This document shows positions 43,519-60,008 of a stretch of DNA of 64,000 nt, in pieces. The DNA comes from Escherichia coli O157:H7. GTDB taxonomy: Bacteria; Pseudomonadota; Gammaproteobacteria; Enterobacterales; Enterobacteriaceae. Below the pieces are notes generated by a model that made no database searches, was not told where the DNA came from, and saw only the letters and a program-made list of their open reading frames with translations. The stretch's first letter is position 1. Every line of letters begins with the position of its first letter. A program made the position numbers and the translations under genes. Location of the stretch: the NCBI RefSeq assembly GCF_013167455.1, contig NZ_CP038328.1; one strand, written 5' to 3'.

Positions 43519-44994
43519 ATGTCCAGTCAATATTTACGTATTTTTCAACAGCCGCGTTCAGCCATATTGCTGATCCTGGGTTTTGCTTCCGGGCTACCGC
43601 TCGCCCTGACATCCGGCACCTTACAGGCCTGGATGACGGTCGAGAATATCGATCTCAAAACCATTGGTTTCTTCTCTCTGGTAGGCCAGGCTTACGTTTT
43701 TAAATTCCTCTGGTCACCGCTGATGGACCGCTACACGCCCCCATTTTTTGGGCGGCGGCGCGGTTGGCTGCTCGCCACGCAAATCCTGTTATTAGTCGCC
43801 ATTGCGGCGATGGGTTTTCTCGAACCAGGCACCCAACTCCGCTGGATGGCGGCGCTGGCGGTGGTGATCGCTTTTTGCTCTGCCTCCCAGGATATTGTCT
43901 TCGATGCGTGGAAAACCGATGTGCTCCCGGCAGAAGAACGTGGTGCGGGCGCGGCAATCAGCGTTCTGGGTTACCGTTTAGGGATGCTGGTTTCCGGCGG
44001 CCTAGCCCTGTGGCTGGCAGATAAATGGCTGGGCTGGCAGGGCATGTACTGGTTGATGGCGGCGCTGTTGATCCCCTGTATTATCGCGACGTTGCTTGCA
44101 CCAGAACCAACCGACACCATTCCTGTGCCCAAAACGCTGGAACAAGCGGTTGTTGCACCTCTGCGAGATTTCTTTGGTCGCAATAATGCCTGGCTTATTT
44201 TGCTTCTTATCGTGCTGTATAAGCTGGGCGACGCATTCGCCATGAGCCTGACAACCACGTTTTTGATTCGCGGCGTCGGGTTTGATGCGGGTGAAGTAGG
44301 CGTGGTAAACAAAACGCTTGGCTTACTAGCGACCATTGTTGGCGCATTGTACGGTGGGATTTTGATGCAGCGCCTGTCACTGTTCCGGGCACTGCTGATT
44401 TTCGGCATTTTACAAGGTGCGTCTAACGCTGGTTACTGGCTGCTGTCGATTACTGATAAGCATCTCTACAGCATGGGCGCAGCCGTCTTTTTCGAAAACC
44501 TCTGTGGCGGGATGGGCACATCAGCCTTTGTCGCGCTGTTAATGACGCTATGTAATAAGTCATTTTCCGCTACTCAATTTGCCCTGCTCTCAGCGCTTTC
44601 TGCTGTAGGGCGAGTTTATGTCGGCCCCGTGGCGGGTTGGTTTGTTGAAGCACACGGCTGGTCGACATTCTATCTATTCTCCGTCGCCGCTGCCGTACCA
44701 GGGCTTATTTTGCTGCTGGTTTGCCGCCAGACGCTTGAATATACACGAGTAAATGACAACTTTATCTCCCGTACCGCATATCCGGCAGGTTATGCCTTTG
44801 CCATGTGGACACTGGCGGCGGGCGTCAGCCTGTTGGCCGTGTGGTTACTGCTATTGACGATGGACGCGCTGGATTTGACGCACTTCTCTTTCCTGCCTGC
44901 TCTGCTGGAAGTCGGGGTTTTAGTCGCCCTTTCTGGCGTCGTGCTTGGTGGTTTGCTGGATTATCTGGCGCTACGAAAAACGCATCTGACGTAA
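43519..44994 (+). CDS. ampG: muropeptide (anhydromuropeptide) permease AmpG, 491 aa
   Basis: MSSQYLRIFQQPRSAILLILGFASGLPLALTSGTLQAWMTVENIDLKTIGFFSLVGQAYVFKFLWSPLMDRY..; MFS-like multi-TM. Confidence 0.95.
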   Translation: MSSQYLRIFQQPRSAILLILGFASGLPLALTSGTLQAWMTVENIDLKTIGFFSLVGQAYVFKFLWSPLMDRYTPPFFGRRRGWLLATQILLLVAIAAMGFLEPGTQLRWMAALAVVIAFCSASQDIVFDAWKTDVLPAEERGAGAAISVLGYRLGMLVSGGLALWLADKWLGWQGMYWLMAALLIPCIIATLLAPEPTDTIPVPKTLEQAVVAPLRDFFGRNNAWLILLLIVLYKLGDAFAMSLTTTFLIRGVGFDAGEVGVVNKTLGLLATIVGALYGGILMQRLSLFRALLIFGILQGASNAGYWLLSITDKHLYSMGAAVFFENLCGGMGTSAFVALLMTLCNKSFSATQFALLSALSAVGRVYVGPVAGWFVEAHGWSTFYLFSVAAAVPGLILLLVCRQTLEYTRVNDNFISRTAYPAGYAFAMWTLAAGVSLLAVWLLLLTMDALDLTHFSFLPALLEVGVLVALSGVVLGGLLDYLALRKTHLT

Positions 44995-45453
44995 TCTGTA
45001 AATATTATTTAGCTGTAGTAATCACTCGCCGTAATTATTACGGCTAAATAAACATCAGCATCGCTTATTAATATTTGTTCTTTTGTGCGGCTTAGCGTTT
45101 GGAAATTATTGGCGCCATTTATAAATTCTATTTTTCTTACACGATTCAGCTAATGAGTCTTTATTTTCTCACCACCAAGTTGTCACTCCAATGATAATTA
45201 TTTGTTAAATAATTGTTTTATTTCGCATTGATTATACCAATTGCCCGTCCAGACTTCTTCTGCACTCCCCTTTTGTTATAACGCCCTTTTGCAACAGCTT
45301 CTTAAAATCAACCTGATATGTTTTGCAACATATGTGACCTGACAGCCAAATCCAAGTAACAGGAATTTAATCATGTTTACAGTAATGTAACCTTCCCGTA
45401 AAATGCCCACACATTTTAAACGCCACCAGATCCCGTGGAATTGAGGTCGTTAA

Positions 45454-46401
<948 letters not shown>

Positions 46402-46410
46402 AGGGGTTGA

Positions 46411-49347
<2,937 letters not shown>

Positions 49348-49358
49348 GAGCGGCGGTT

Positions 49359-50249
49359 ATGATGTTTAAGCAATACCTGCAAGTAACGAAACCAGGCATC
49401 ATCTTTGGCAACCTGATCTCGGTGATTGGGGGATTCCTGCTGGCCTCAAAGGGCAGCATTGATTATCCCCTGTTTATCTACACGCTGGTTGGGGTGTCAC
49501 TGGTTGTGGCGTCGGGTTGTGTGTTTAACAACTACATCGACAGGGATATCGACAGAAAGATGGAAAGGACGAAGAATCGGGTGCTGGTTAAAGGCCTGAT
49601 CTCTCCTGCTGTCTCGCTGGTGTACGCCACCTTGCTGGGTATTGCTGGCTTTATGCTGCTGTGGTTTGGCGCGAATCCGCTGGCCTGCTGGCTGGGGGTG
49701 ATGGGCTTTGTGGTTTATGTCGGCGTTTATAGCCTGTACATGAAACGCCACTCCGTCTACGGCACATTGATTGGTTCGCTCTCCGGCGCTGCGCCGCCGG
49801 TGATTGGCTACTGTGCAGTAACCGGCGAGTTCGATAGCGGCGCAGCGATCCTGCTGGCTATCTTCAGCCTGTGGCAGATGCCTCACTCCTATGCCATCGC
49901 CATTTTCCGCTTTAAGGATTACCAGGCGGCAAACATTCCGGTATTGCCAGTGGTAAAAGGCATTTCGGTGGCGAAGAATCACATCACGCTGTATATCATC
50001 GCCTTTGCCGTTGCCACGCTGATGCTCTCTCTTGGCGGTTACGCTGGATATAAATATCTGGTGGTCGCCGCGGCGGTTAGCGTCTGGTGGTTAGGTATGG
50101 CTCTGCGCGGTTATAAAGTTGCTGATGACAGAATCTGGGCGCGCAAGCTGTTCGGCTTCTCTATCATCGCCATCACTGCCCTCTCGGTGATGATGTCCGT
50201 TGATTTTATGGTGCCGGACTCGCATACGCTGCTGGCTGCTGTGTGGTAA
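49359..50249 (+). CDS. cyoE: protohaem IX farnesyltransferase (haem O synthase), 296 aa
   Basis: Internal start [32 protein letters not shown]..; UbiA-family prenyltransferase. Confidence 0.95.
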
Positions 50250-50397
50250 CACAACCTCTCTATTAAAAAGGTGCTACGGCACCTTTTTTCTTAGCATTAG
50301 AAACATATCCCTCTCGAAATATTTACTAAAAAATCCGCATGTTTACCCCATTCGTTTGCCGCTTTACACTAGTCGCGAATTTAAAACAGAGGTGGTA

Positions 50398-51762
50398 ATG
50401 AACGATTATAAAATGACGCCAGGTGAGCGGCGCGCGACCTGGGGTTTAGGGACCGTATTCTCGTTGCGCATGCTGGGCATGTTCATGGTTCTGCCGGTTC
50501 TGACCACGTACGGCATGGCTCTGCAAGGTGCCAGCGAAGCATTAATCGGTATTGCCATTGGTATTTATGGTCTGACTCAGGCCGTTTTTCAGATTCCGTT
50601 TGGCCTGCTTTCCGACCGCATTGGTCGCAAACCATTAATTGTCGGTGGGCTGGCAGTGTTTGCCGCCGGTAGCGTTATCGCTGCGCTCTCTGACTCCATC
50701 TGGGGAATTATTCTGGGTCGGGCGCTACAAGGCTCCGGTGCGATTGCCGCTGCCGTTATGGCGCTGCTTTCCGATCTCACGCGCGAACAAAACCGCACCA
50801 AAGCAATGGCGTTTATCGGCGTGAGCTTTGGCATTACCTTTGCCATTGCGATGGTGCTTGGCCCGATCATCACTCACAAACTTGGGCTGCACGCGCTGTT
50901 CTGGATGATCGCTATTCTGGCAACGACCGGCATTGCGTTGACCATTTGGGTTGTGCCCAACAGTAGCACTCACGTACTTAATCGTGAGTCCGGAATGGTG
51001 AAAGGCAGTTTCAGTAAGGTGCTGGCGGAACCGCGGCTGCTGAAACTCAACTTTGGCATTATGTGTCTGCATATTTTGCTGATGTCGACGTTTGTTGCCC
51101 TGCCCGGACAACTGGCTGATGCGGGGTTCCCGGCGGCTGAACACTGGAAGGTCTATCTGGCGACAATGCTAATCGCCTTTGGCTCGGTCGTGCCTTTCAT
51201 TATCTACGCTGAAGTTAAGCGCAAAATGAAGCAAGTCTTTGTCTTCTGCGTCGGGTTGATCGTGGTTGCGGAAATTGTGTTGAGGAACGCGCAAACGCAG
51301 TTCTGGCAACTGGTGGTCGGCGTGCAGCTTTTCTTTGTGGCGTTTAATTTGATGGAAGCCCTCCTGCCCTCACTTATCAGTAAAGAGTCGCCAGCAGGTT
51401 ACAAAGGTACGGCGATGGGTGTTTACTCCACCAGCCAGTTTCTTGGCGTGGCGATTGGCGGTTCGCTGGGCGGCTGGATTGACGGCATGTTTGACGGTCA
51501 GGGGGTATTTCTCGCTGGCGCAATGCTGGCCGCAGTGTGGCTGGCAGTCGCCAGTACCATGAAAGAACCGCCGTATGTCAGCAGTTTGCGCATTGAAATC
51601 CCGGCGAACATTGCCGCAAACGAGGCGTTAAAAGTGCGTTTGCTGGAAACTGAAGGCATCAAAGAAGTGTTGATTGCAGAAGAAGAACATTCAGCTTATG
51701 TGAAAATCGACAGCAAAGTGACGAATCGCTTTGATGTTGAACAGGCAATTCGCCAGGCATAA
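50398..51762 (+). CDS. yajR: MFS transporter YajR, 454 aa
   Basis: Internal start MNDYKMTPGERRATWGLGTVFSLRMLGMFMVLPVLTTYG.. within the 520-aa ORF; 12-TM MFS plus C-terminal cytoplasmic domain. Confidence 0.9.
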   Translation: MNDYKMTPGERRATWGLGTVFSLRMLGMFMVLPVLTTYGMALQGASEALIGIAIGIYGLTQAVFQIPFGLLSDRIGRKPLIVGGLAVFAAGSVIAALSDSIWGIILGRALQGSGAIAAAVMALLSDLTREQNRTKAMAFIGVSFGITFAIAMVLGPIITHKLGLHALFWMIAILATTGIALTIWVVPNSSTHVLNRESGMVKGSFSKVLAEPRLLKLNFGIMCLHILLMSTFVALPGQLADAGFPAAEHWKVYLATMLIAFGSVVPFIIYAEVKRKMKQVFVFCVGLIVVAEIVLRNAQTQFWQLVVGVQLFFVAFNLMEALLPSLISKESPAGYKGTAMGVYSTSQFLGVAIGGSLGGWIDGMFDGQGVFLAGAMLAAVWLAVASTMKEPPYVSSLRIEIPANIAANEALKVRLLETEGIKEVLIAEEEHSAYVKIDSKVTNRFDVEQAIRQA

Positions 51763-51777
51763 AAGCGAGGCGAAATT

Positions 51778-51867
51778 GCCTGCTGCGCTACGCTTATCAG
51801 GCCTACTAAGTTCCTGATTTACAAAACTTTGTAGGCCGAACCAGGCGTTCATGCCGCATCTGACATG
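51778..51867. repeat. pair of inverted REP (BIME-like) elements between yajR and yajQ
   Basis: GCCTGCTGCGCTACGCTTATCAGGCCTAC ... GTAGGCCGAACCAGGCGTTCATGCCGCATCTGACATG, typical REP consensus halves in opposite orientation. Confidence 0.7.
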
Positions 51868-51889
51868 AACAAAGCGCAGGTTGTCGCGA

Positions 51890-52381
51890 TTAATCGCGGA
51901 AGTTTTTGAACTGGAACGGCTGACCGAGATCGCCACCGCGCACCATCGCCATGACAGCCTGTAAATCATCACGAGATTTGCCCGTCACACGGATCTCATC
52001 GCCCTGAATTTGCGCCTGCACTTTCAGTTTGCTGTCTTTGATCATCTTGACGATTTTTTTCTGAGTGGCGCTCTCAATGCCCTGTTTCAGTTTCGCTTCC
52101 ACAAACCAGGTTTTACCGCTATGAACGATATTTTCCGGTACATCCAGTGAACTGCCTTCAATGCCGCGCTTCAGCAGCTTGGCACGCAGAATATCCAGCA
52201 ACTGATTGACCTGGAAGTCGGACTCGCTCAACACTTTGATGGTTTTGCTGGCGTCGTTCAGCTCAAATGAGGCTTCAACGTTACGGAAGTCAAAACGGGA
52301 CTCCACTTCGCGGCTCGCGTTATCGACCGCGTTACGTGCTTCCTGAAGATCAACTTCAGAGACAATATCGAAAGATGGCAT
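51890..52381 (-). CDS. yajQ: nucleotide-binding protein YajQ (UPF0234), 163 aa
   Basis: Internal start [43 protein letters not shown].. inside the 219-aa ORF. Confidence 0.9.
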
Positions 52382-52548
52382 CTTTTCCTCTCCCTTCATT
52401 TTTGATGCGAAGCATAATACCTGCAAAGTTAAATAACCAACAGTCCTGCACCAGGACGTATCCCTTAATTGTGCATAGTCGCAACAGCATGCACAATTAA
52501 GGGATAGCCTTATTGAACACCCGGAGTGGTTGCGGGTGAGGAGGAACA

Positions 52549-54013
<1,465 letters not shown>

Positions 54014-54014
54014 T

Positions 54015-54053
54015 GTCGGATGCGGCAAACGTCGCATCTGACCAGATGCGACG
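54015..54053. repeat. REP-like palindromic element between yajL and thiI (contains CGTCGCATC-TGACCA-GATGCGACG)
   Basis: Perfect 9-bp inverted repeat plus adjacent GGATGCGGC motif read directly. Confidence 0.5.
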
Positions 54054-54066
54054 TAAAAACCACAAA

Positions 54067-55515
54067 TTACGGACGATACACCTTCACATTCTTAAAGCCC
54101 TGTTCGCGTAGATAGAGCGCCTGCAGGCGGCTCATTACCCCGCGCTCACACCACAGTAGCCAGGTTCTGTTCTGGTCGAGATCGCCAAATTTGGTGCTCA
54201 ACTTGTAGAACGGCAGTGAAACCACATCAATCCCTTCGACTTTCAGTGGCTTATCTTCCTGTTCATCGACAGAACGGATATCGAGAATCACGTCGTTCGG
54301 GCCGAAGTCATTGACGGTTTCCACTTCCACCACTTCCTGCCCGGTCTGCTGGGCGATTTCGCGGATATCAACGTTATTCGCTTCTTCAACCACTTTATCG
54401 AGAATGCTGAAGTCGAATTTCTCTTCTTCCGCTTCAATCTTCGACTTAACCGCTTTCACCGTCGGGCTTTTGGAGATCACACCGCAGTATTCCGGCATAG
54501 TACGGGCAAAGTCTTCGGTGCCAATCTGGCGAGCCAGGTTGATGATGTGCTCTTTGTCGTAAGAGATCAGCGGACGCAGGATCAGCGTATCAGAGACGTT
54601 ATCAATCAGGCGCAGGTTGGTCAGCGTCTGACTGGACACCTGGCCGAGCGCTTCGCCGGTGACCAGCGCCTGTACGCCGTAACGTTCAGCCACTTTAGAC
54701 GCGGCACGCACCATCATACGTTTGAGGATAACGCCCATCTGACCGTCGTCGATTTTCTCGAGAATTTCCCCGACTACCGGCTCGAAATTAATAGCGACAA
54801 AACGCACGCGGTGGGAGCTGCCAAAGCGGTTCCACAGATAATGTGCCACCTGACGCACGCCAATTTCATGCGCTGCGCCGCCGAGGTTAAAGAAGCAGTA
54901 ATGCACGCGGCAGCCGCGACGCATCAACATATAACTGGAAACACCGGAGTCGAAACCACCGGAAATGAGCGACAGCACATCTTCCTGGGTGCCGATCGGG
55001 AAACCGCCAATACCTTCGTAGCGGCCTTTAATCAGCAGGAGACGATCGTCTTCCACTTCCAGATGGACAGTCACATCCGGATTGGTCAGCTTCACGCGCG
55101 CGGATTCAATATGCTGATTTAAACCGCCGCCGACGTAACGTTCCACATCAATCGAGCTAAAATCATGTTTGCCACGGCGCTTCACGCGTACGCAGAAGGT
55201 TTTGCCATCCAGCTGATCGCGATACTGAACCAACGCTTTCTCGAAAATATCGTGCATGTCGGTAAACGGCACGTCTTCGACTTCGAGAATATGGTGGATA
55301 CCAGGAATACGGGTCAGGGCGTCGCGAATAGTCAGACGCTGGTTTTCATCTTTCGCGCGAACTTCGATGTTATCCCAGTGGCGGACGACAGCGAGCGTCT
55401 CATCATAGTGCTTTAAAACGTTACGAATGTTCCCGGTAAGGATTTTTATAAAGCGCAAGCGCACAGATTGGCTTTTGATGGTGATTTCCGGGAACAATTT
55501 AATGATAAACTTCAT
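54067..55515 (-). CDS. thiI: tRNA 4-thiouridine synthase / thiamine biosynthesis protein ThiI, 482 aa
   Basis: [35 protein letters not shown].. (THUMP), PP-loop SGGFDS, C-terminal rhodanese-like domain. Confidence 0.96.
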   Translation of the reverse strand: MKFIIKLFPEITIKSQSVRLRFIKILTGNIRNVLKHYDETLAVVRHWDNIEVRAKDENQRLTIRDALTRIPGIHHILEVEDVPFTDMHDIFEKALVQYRDQLDGKTFCVRVKRRGKHDFSSIDVERYVGGGLNQHIESARVKLTNPDVTVHLEVEDDRLLLIKGRYEGIGGFPIGTQEDVLSLISGGFDSGVSSYMLMRRGCRVHYCFFNLGGAAHEIGVRQVAHYLWNRFGSSHRVRFVAINFEPVVGEILEKIDDGQMGVILKRMMVRAASKVAERYGVQALVTGEALGQVSSQTLTNLRLIDNVSDTLILRPLISYDKEHIINLARQIGTEDFARTMPEYCGVISKSPTVKAVKSKIEAEEEKFDFSILDKVVEEANNVDIREIAQQTGQEVVEVETVNDFGPNDVILDIRSVDEQEDKPLKVEGIDVVSLPFYKLSTKFGDLDQNRTWLLWCERGVMSRLQALYLREQGFKNVKVYRP

Positions 55516-55720
55516 GGCGGCAATGGTTCGTTGGCAAGCCTTAAGCGACTTGTATAGGGAAAAATACAGCAGCCCACACCTGCGGCTGCATCCAGGCGCG
55601 GAAGTATACCACTAACATCGCTTTGCTGCGCACATCACCTTACCATTGCGCGTTATTTGCTATTTGCCCTGAGTCCGTTACCATGACGGGGCGAAAAATA
55701 TTGAGAGTCAGACATTCATT

Positions 55721-55963
55721 ATGCCGAAGAAAAATGAGGCGCCCGCCAGCTTTGAAAAGGCGCTGAGCGAGCTGGAACAGATTGTAACCCGTCTGGAAAG
55801 TGGCGACCTGCCGCTGGAAGAGGCGCTGAACGAGTTCGAACGCGGCGTGCAGCTGGCACGTCAGGGGCAGGCCAAATTACAACAAGCCGAACAGCGCGTA
55901 CAAATTCTGCTGTCTGACAACGAAGACGCCTCTCTAACCCCTTTTACACCGGACAATGAGTAA
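55721..55963 (+). CDS. xseB: exodeoxyribonuclease VII small subunit, 80 aa
   Basis: [64 protein letters not shown].. Confidence 0.95.
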
Positions 55964-56862
55964 TGGACTTTCCGCAGCAACTCGAAGCCTGCGTTAAGCA
56001 GGCCAACCAGGCGCTGAGCCGTTTTATCGCCCCACTGCCCTTTCAGAACACTCCCGTGGTCGAAACCATGCAGTATGGCGCATTATTAGGTGGTAAGCGC
56101 CTGCGACCTTTCCTGGTTTATGCCACCGGTCATATGTTCGGCGTTAGCACAAACACGCTGGACGCACCCGCTGCCGCCGTAGAGTGTATCCACGCTTACT
56201 CATTAATTCATGATGATTTACCGGCGATGGATGATGACGATCTGCGTCGCGGCTTGCCGACCTGCCATGTGAAGTTTGGCGAAGCGAACGCGATTCTCGC
56301 TGGCGACGCTTTACAAACGCTGGCGTTCTCGATTTTAAGCGATGCTGATATGCCAGAAGTGTCGGATCGCGACAGAATTTCGATGATTTCTGAACTGGCG
56401 AGCGCCAGCGGTATTGCCGGAATGTGTGGTGGTCAGGCGTTGGATTTAGACGCGGAAGGCAAACACGTACCTCTGGACGCGCTTGAGCGTATTCATCGTC
56501 ATAAAACAGGCGCATTAATTCGCGCCGCCGTTCGCCTTGGTGCATTAAGCGCCGGAGATAAAGGACGTCGTGCTCTACCAGTACTCGACAAGTACGCAGA
56601 GAGCATCGGCCTTGCCTTCCAGGTTCAGGATGACATCCTGGATGTGGTGGGAGATACTGCAACGTTGGGAAAACGTCAGGGTGCCGACCAGCAGCTTGGC
56701 AAAAGTACCTACCCTGCACTCCTGGGTCTTGAGCAAGCCCGGAAGAAAGCCCAGGATCTGATCGACGATGCCCGCCAGTCGCTGAAACAACTGGCTGAAC
56801 AGTCGATCGATACTTCGGCACTGGAAGCGCTAGCGGACTACATCATCCAGCGTAATAAATAA
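55963..56862 (+). CDS. ispA: farnesyl diphosphate synthase, 299 aa
   Basis: Prenyltransferase Asp-rich motifs (IHAYSLIHDDLPAMDDDDLRRG and FQVQDDILD); TAATG overlap with xseB. Confidence 0.96.
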   Translation: MDFPQQLEACVKQANQALSRFIAPLPFQNTPVVETMQYGALLGGKRLRPFLVYATGHMFGVSTNTLDAPAAAVECIHAYSLIHDDLPAMDDDDLRRGLPTCHVKFGEANAILAGDALQTLAFSILSDADMPEVSDRDRISMISELASASGIAGMCGGQALDLDAEGKHVPLDALERIHRHKTGALIRAAVRLGALSAGDKGRRALPVLDKYAESIGLAFQVQDDILDVVGDTATLGKRQGADQQLGKSTYPALLGLEQARKKAQDLIDDARQSLKQLAEQSIDTSALEALADYIIQRNK

Positions 56863-56886
56863 ACAATAAGTGTTAATAGGCCCCTG

Positions 56887-58749
56887 ATGAGTTTTGATAT
56901 TGCCAAATACCCGACCCTGGCACTGGTCGACTCCACCCAGGAGCTACGACTGTTGCCAAAAGAGAGTTTACCGAAACTCTGCGACGAACTGCGCCGCTAT
57001 TTACTCGACAGCGTGAGCCGTTCCAGCGGGCACTTCGCCTCCGGGCTGGGCACGGTCGAACTGACCGTGGCGCTGCACTATGTCTATAACACCCCGTTTG
57101 ACCAATTGATTTGGGATGTGGGGCATCAGGCTTATCCGCATAAAATTTTGACCGGACGCCGCGACAAAATCGGCACCATCCGTCAGAAAGGCGGTCTACA
57201 CCCGTTCCCGTGGCGCGGCGAAAGCGAATATGACGTATTAAGCGTCGGGCATTCATCAACCTCCATCAGTGCCGGAATTGGTATTGCGGTTGCTGCCGAG
57301 AAAGAAGGCAAAAATCGCCGCACCGTCTGTGTGATTGGCGACGGCGCGATTACCGCAGGCATGGCGTTTGAAGCGATGAATCACGCGGGCGATATTCGTC
57401 CTGATATGCTGGTGGTCCTCAACGACAATGAAATGTCGATTTCCGAAAATGTTGGCGCGCTTAACAACCATCTGGCGCAGCTGCTTTCCGGTAAGCTTTA
57501 CTCTTCACTGCGCGAAGGCGGGAAAAAAGTTTTCTCTGGCGTTCCGCCAATTAAAGAGCTGCTCAAACGTACCGAAGAACATATTAAAGGCATGGTGGTG
57601 CCTGGCACGTTGTTTGAAGAGCTGGGCTTTAACTACATCGGCCCGGTTGACGGTCACGATGTGCTGGGGCTTATCACCACGCTGAAGAACATGCGCGACC
57701 TGAAAGGCCCGCAGTTCCTGCATATCATGACCAAAAAAGGTCGTGGTTATGAACCGGCAGAAAAAGACCCAATCACCTTCCACGCCGTGCCTAAATTTGA
57801 TCCCTCCAGCGGTTGTTTGCCGAAAAGTAGCGGTGGTTTACCAAGCTATTCAAAAATCTTTGGCGACTGGTTGTGCGAAACGGCAGCGAAAGATAACAAA
57901 CTGATGGCGATTACTCCGGCGATGCGTGAAGGTTCCGGCATGGTCGAGTTTTCACGTAAATTCCCGGATCGCTATTTTGATGTAGCGATTGCCGAGCAAC
58001 ACGCGGTGACCTTTGCCGCCGGTCTGGCGATTGGTGGCTACAAACCGATCGTGGCAATTTACTCCACCTTCCTGCAACGCGCCTATGATCAGGTGCTGCA
58101 TGACGTGGCAATTCAAAAACTCCCGGTCCTGTTCGCCATCGACCGCGCGGGCATTGTTGGTGCTGACGGTCAAACCCACCAGGGCGCTTTTGATCTCTCT
58201 TACCTGCGCTGCATACCGGAAATGGTCATTATGACCCCGAGCGATGAAAACGAATGTCGCCAGATGCTCTATACCGGCTATCACTATAACGATGGCCCGT
58301 CAGCGGTGCGCTACCCGCGTGGCAACGCGGTCGGCGTGGAACTGACGCCGCTGGAAAAACTACCAATTGGCAAAGGCATTGTGAAGCGTCGTGGCGAGAA
58401 ACTGGCGATCCTTAACTTTGGTACGCTGATGCCAGAAGCGGCGAAAGTCGCCGAATCGCTGAACGCCACGCTGGTCGATATGCGTTTTGTGAAACCGCTT
58501 GATGAAACGTTAATTCTGGAAATGGCCGCCAGTCATGAAGCACTGGTTACCGTAGAAGAAAACGCCATTATGGGCGGTGCAGGCAGCGGAGTGAACGAAG
58601 TGCTGATGGCCCATCGTAAACCAGTACCCGTGCTGAACATTGGCCTGCCGGACTTCTTTATTCCGCAAGGAACTCAGGAAGAAATGCGCGCCGAACTCGG
58701 CCTCGATGCCGCCGGTATGGAAGCCAAAATCAAGGCCTGGCTGGCATAA
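56887..58749 (+). CDS. dxs: 1-deoxy-D-xylulose-5-phosphate synthase, 620 aa
   Basis: [66 protein letters not shown].. (TPP-binding transketolase-like). Confidence 0.97.
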   Translation: MSFDIAKYPTLALVDSTQELRLLPKESLPKLCDELRRYLLDSVSRSSGHFASGLGTVELTVALHYVYNTPFDQLIWDVGHQAYPHKILTGRRDKIGTIRQKGGLHPFPWRGESEYDVLSVGHSSTSISAGIGIAVAAEKEGKNRRTVCVIGDGAITAGMAFEAMNHAGDIRPDMLVVLNDNEMSISENVGALNNHLAQLLSGKLYSSLREGGKKVFSGVPPIKELLKRTEEHIKGMVVPGTLFEELGFNYIGPVDGHDVLGLITTLKNMRDLKGPQFLHIMTKKGRGYEPAEKDPITFHAVPKFDPSSGCLPKSSGGLPSYSKIFGDWLCETAAKDNKLMAITPAMREGSGMVEFSRKFPDRYFDVAIAEQHAVTFAAGLAIGGYKPIVAIYSTFLQRAYDQVLHDVAIQKLPVLFAIDRAGIVGADGQTHQGAFDLSYLRCIPEMVIMTPSDENECRQMLYTGYHYNDGPSAVRYPRGNAVGVELTPLEKLPIGKGIVKRRGEKLAILNFGTLMPEAAKVAESLNATLVDMRFVKPLDETLILEMAASHEALVTVEENAIMGGAGSGVNEVLMAHRKPVPVLNIGLPDFFIPQGTQEEMRAELGLDAAGMEAKIKAWLA

Positions 58750-58803
58750 TCCCTACTCCACTCCTGCTATGCTTAAGAAATTATTCATGGCAGGAGTGGC
58801 AGC

Positions 58804-59778
58804 ATGCAATACAACCCCTTAGGAAAAACCGACCTTCGCGTTTCCCGACTTTGCCTCGGCTGTATGACCTTTGGCGAGCCAGATCGTGGTAATCACGCAT
58901 GGACACTGCCGGAAGAGAGCAGCCGTCCCATCATTAAACGCGCACTGGAAGGCGGCATAAATTTCTTTGATACCGCCAATAGCTATTCCGATGGCAGCAG
59001 CGAAGAGATCGTCGGTCGCGCACTGCGGGATTTCTCCCGTCGTGAAGACGTGGTCGTTGCCACCAAAGTGTTCCATCGCGTTGGTGATTTACCGGAAGGA
59101 TTATCCCGTGCACAAATTTTGCGCTCTATCGACGACAGCCTGCGACGTCTCGGCATGGATTATGTCGATATCCTGCAAATTCATCGCTGGGATTACAACA
59201 CGCCGATCGAAGAGACGCTGGAAGCCCTCAACGACGTGGTAAAAGCCGGGAAAGCGCGTTATATCGGCGCGTCATCCATGCACGCTTCGCAGTTTGCTCA
59301 GGCACTGGAACTACAAAAACAGCACGGCTGGGCGCAGTTTGTCAGTATGCAGGATCACTACAATCTGATTTATCGCGAAGAAGAGCGCGAGATGCTGCCG
59401 CTGTGTTATCAGGAAGGCGTGGCGGTCATTCCGTGGAGTCCGCTGGCGCGGGGGCGACTGACGCGTCCGTGGGGAGAAACTACCGCACGACTGGTGTCTG
59501 ATGAGGTGGGGAAAAATCTCTATAAAGAAAGCGATGAAAATGACGCGCAGATCGCAGAGCGGTTAACGGGCGTCAGTGAAGAACTCGGTGCAACACGAGC
59601 ACAAGTTGCGCTGGCCTGGTTGTTGAGTAAACCGGGCATTGCCGCACCGATTATCGGAACTTCGCGGGAAGAACAGCTTGATGAGCTGCTGAACGCGGTG
59701 GATATCACTTTGAAGCCGGAACAGATTGCTGAACTGGAAACACCGTATAAACCGCATCCGGTCGTAGGATTTAAGTAA
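58804..59778 (+). CDS. yajO: NAD(P)H-dependent aldo-keto reductase YajO, 324 aa
   Basis: MQYNPLGKTDLRVSRLCLGCMTFGEPDRGNHAWTLPEESSRPIIKRALEGGINFFDTANSYSDGSSEEIVGRAL.. (AKR fold). Confidence 0.94.
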   Translation: MQYNPLGKTDLRVSRLCLGCMTFGEPDRGNHAWTLPEESSRPIIKRALEGGINFFDTANSYSDGSSEEIVGRALRDFSRREDVVVATKVFHRVGDLPEGLSRAQILRSIDDSLRRLGMDYVDILQIHRWDYNTPIEETLEALNDVVKAGKARYIGASSMHASQFAQALELQKQHGWAQFVSMQDHYNLIYREEEREMLPLCYQEGVAVIPWSPLARGRLTRPWGETTARLVSDEVGKNLYKESDENDAQIAERLTGVSEELGATRAQVALAWLLSKPGIAAPIIGTSREEQLDELLNAVDITLKPEQIAELETPYKPHPVVGFK

Positions 59779-60008
59779 ATTTCGCTTTTCACCCATTTTA
59801 TCTGCTGAATTCCCCATCGTCTGCGATGATGGGGACAACGTACCTCCCATCACCTTCTGTAACCATAATCCACCTCTGCAAGAGAAATTCTTCGTGAATG
59901 AGTTTGCAGCTATTCATCGTCTTCATCCCTTTGAGCGATTTTTGATAGTTTCTCCAGGTAATATCCCCTAAAACTGTCTTATTTAGTCAACGTAAGAGGA
60001 TTACAATC

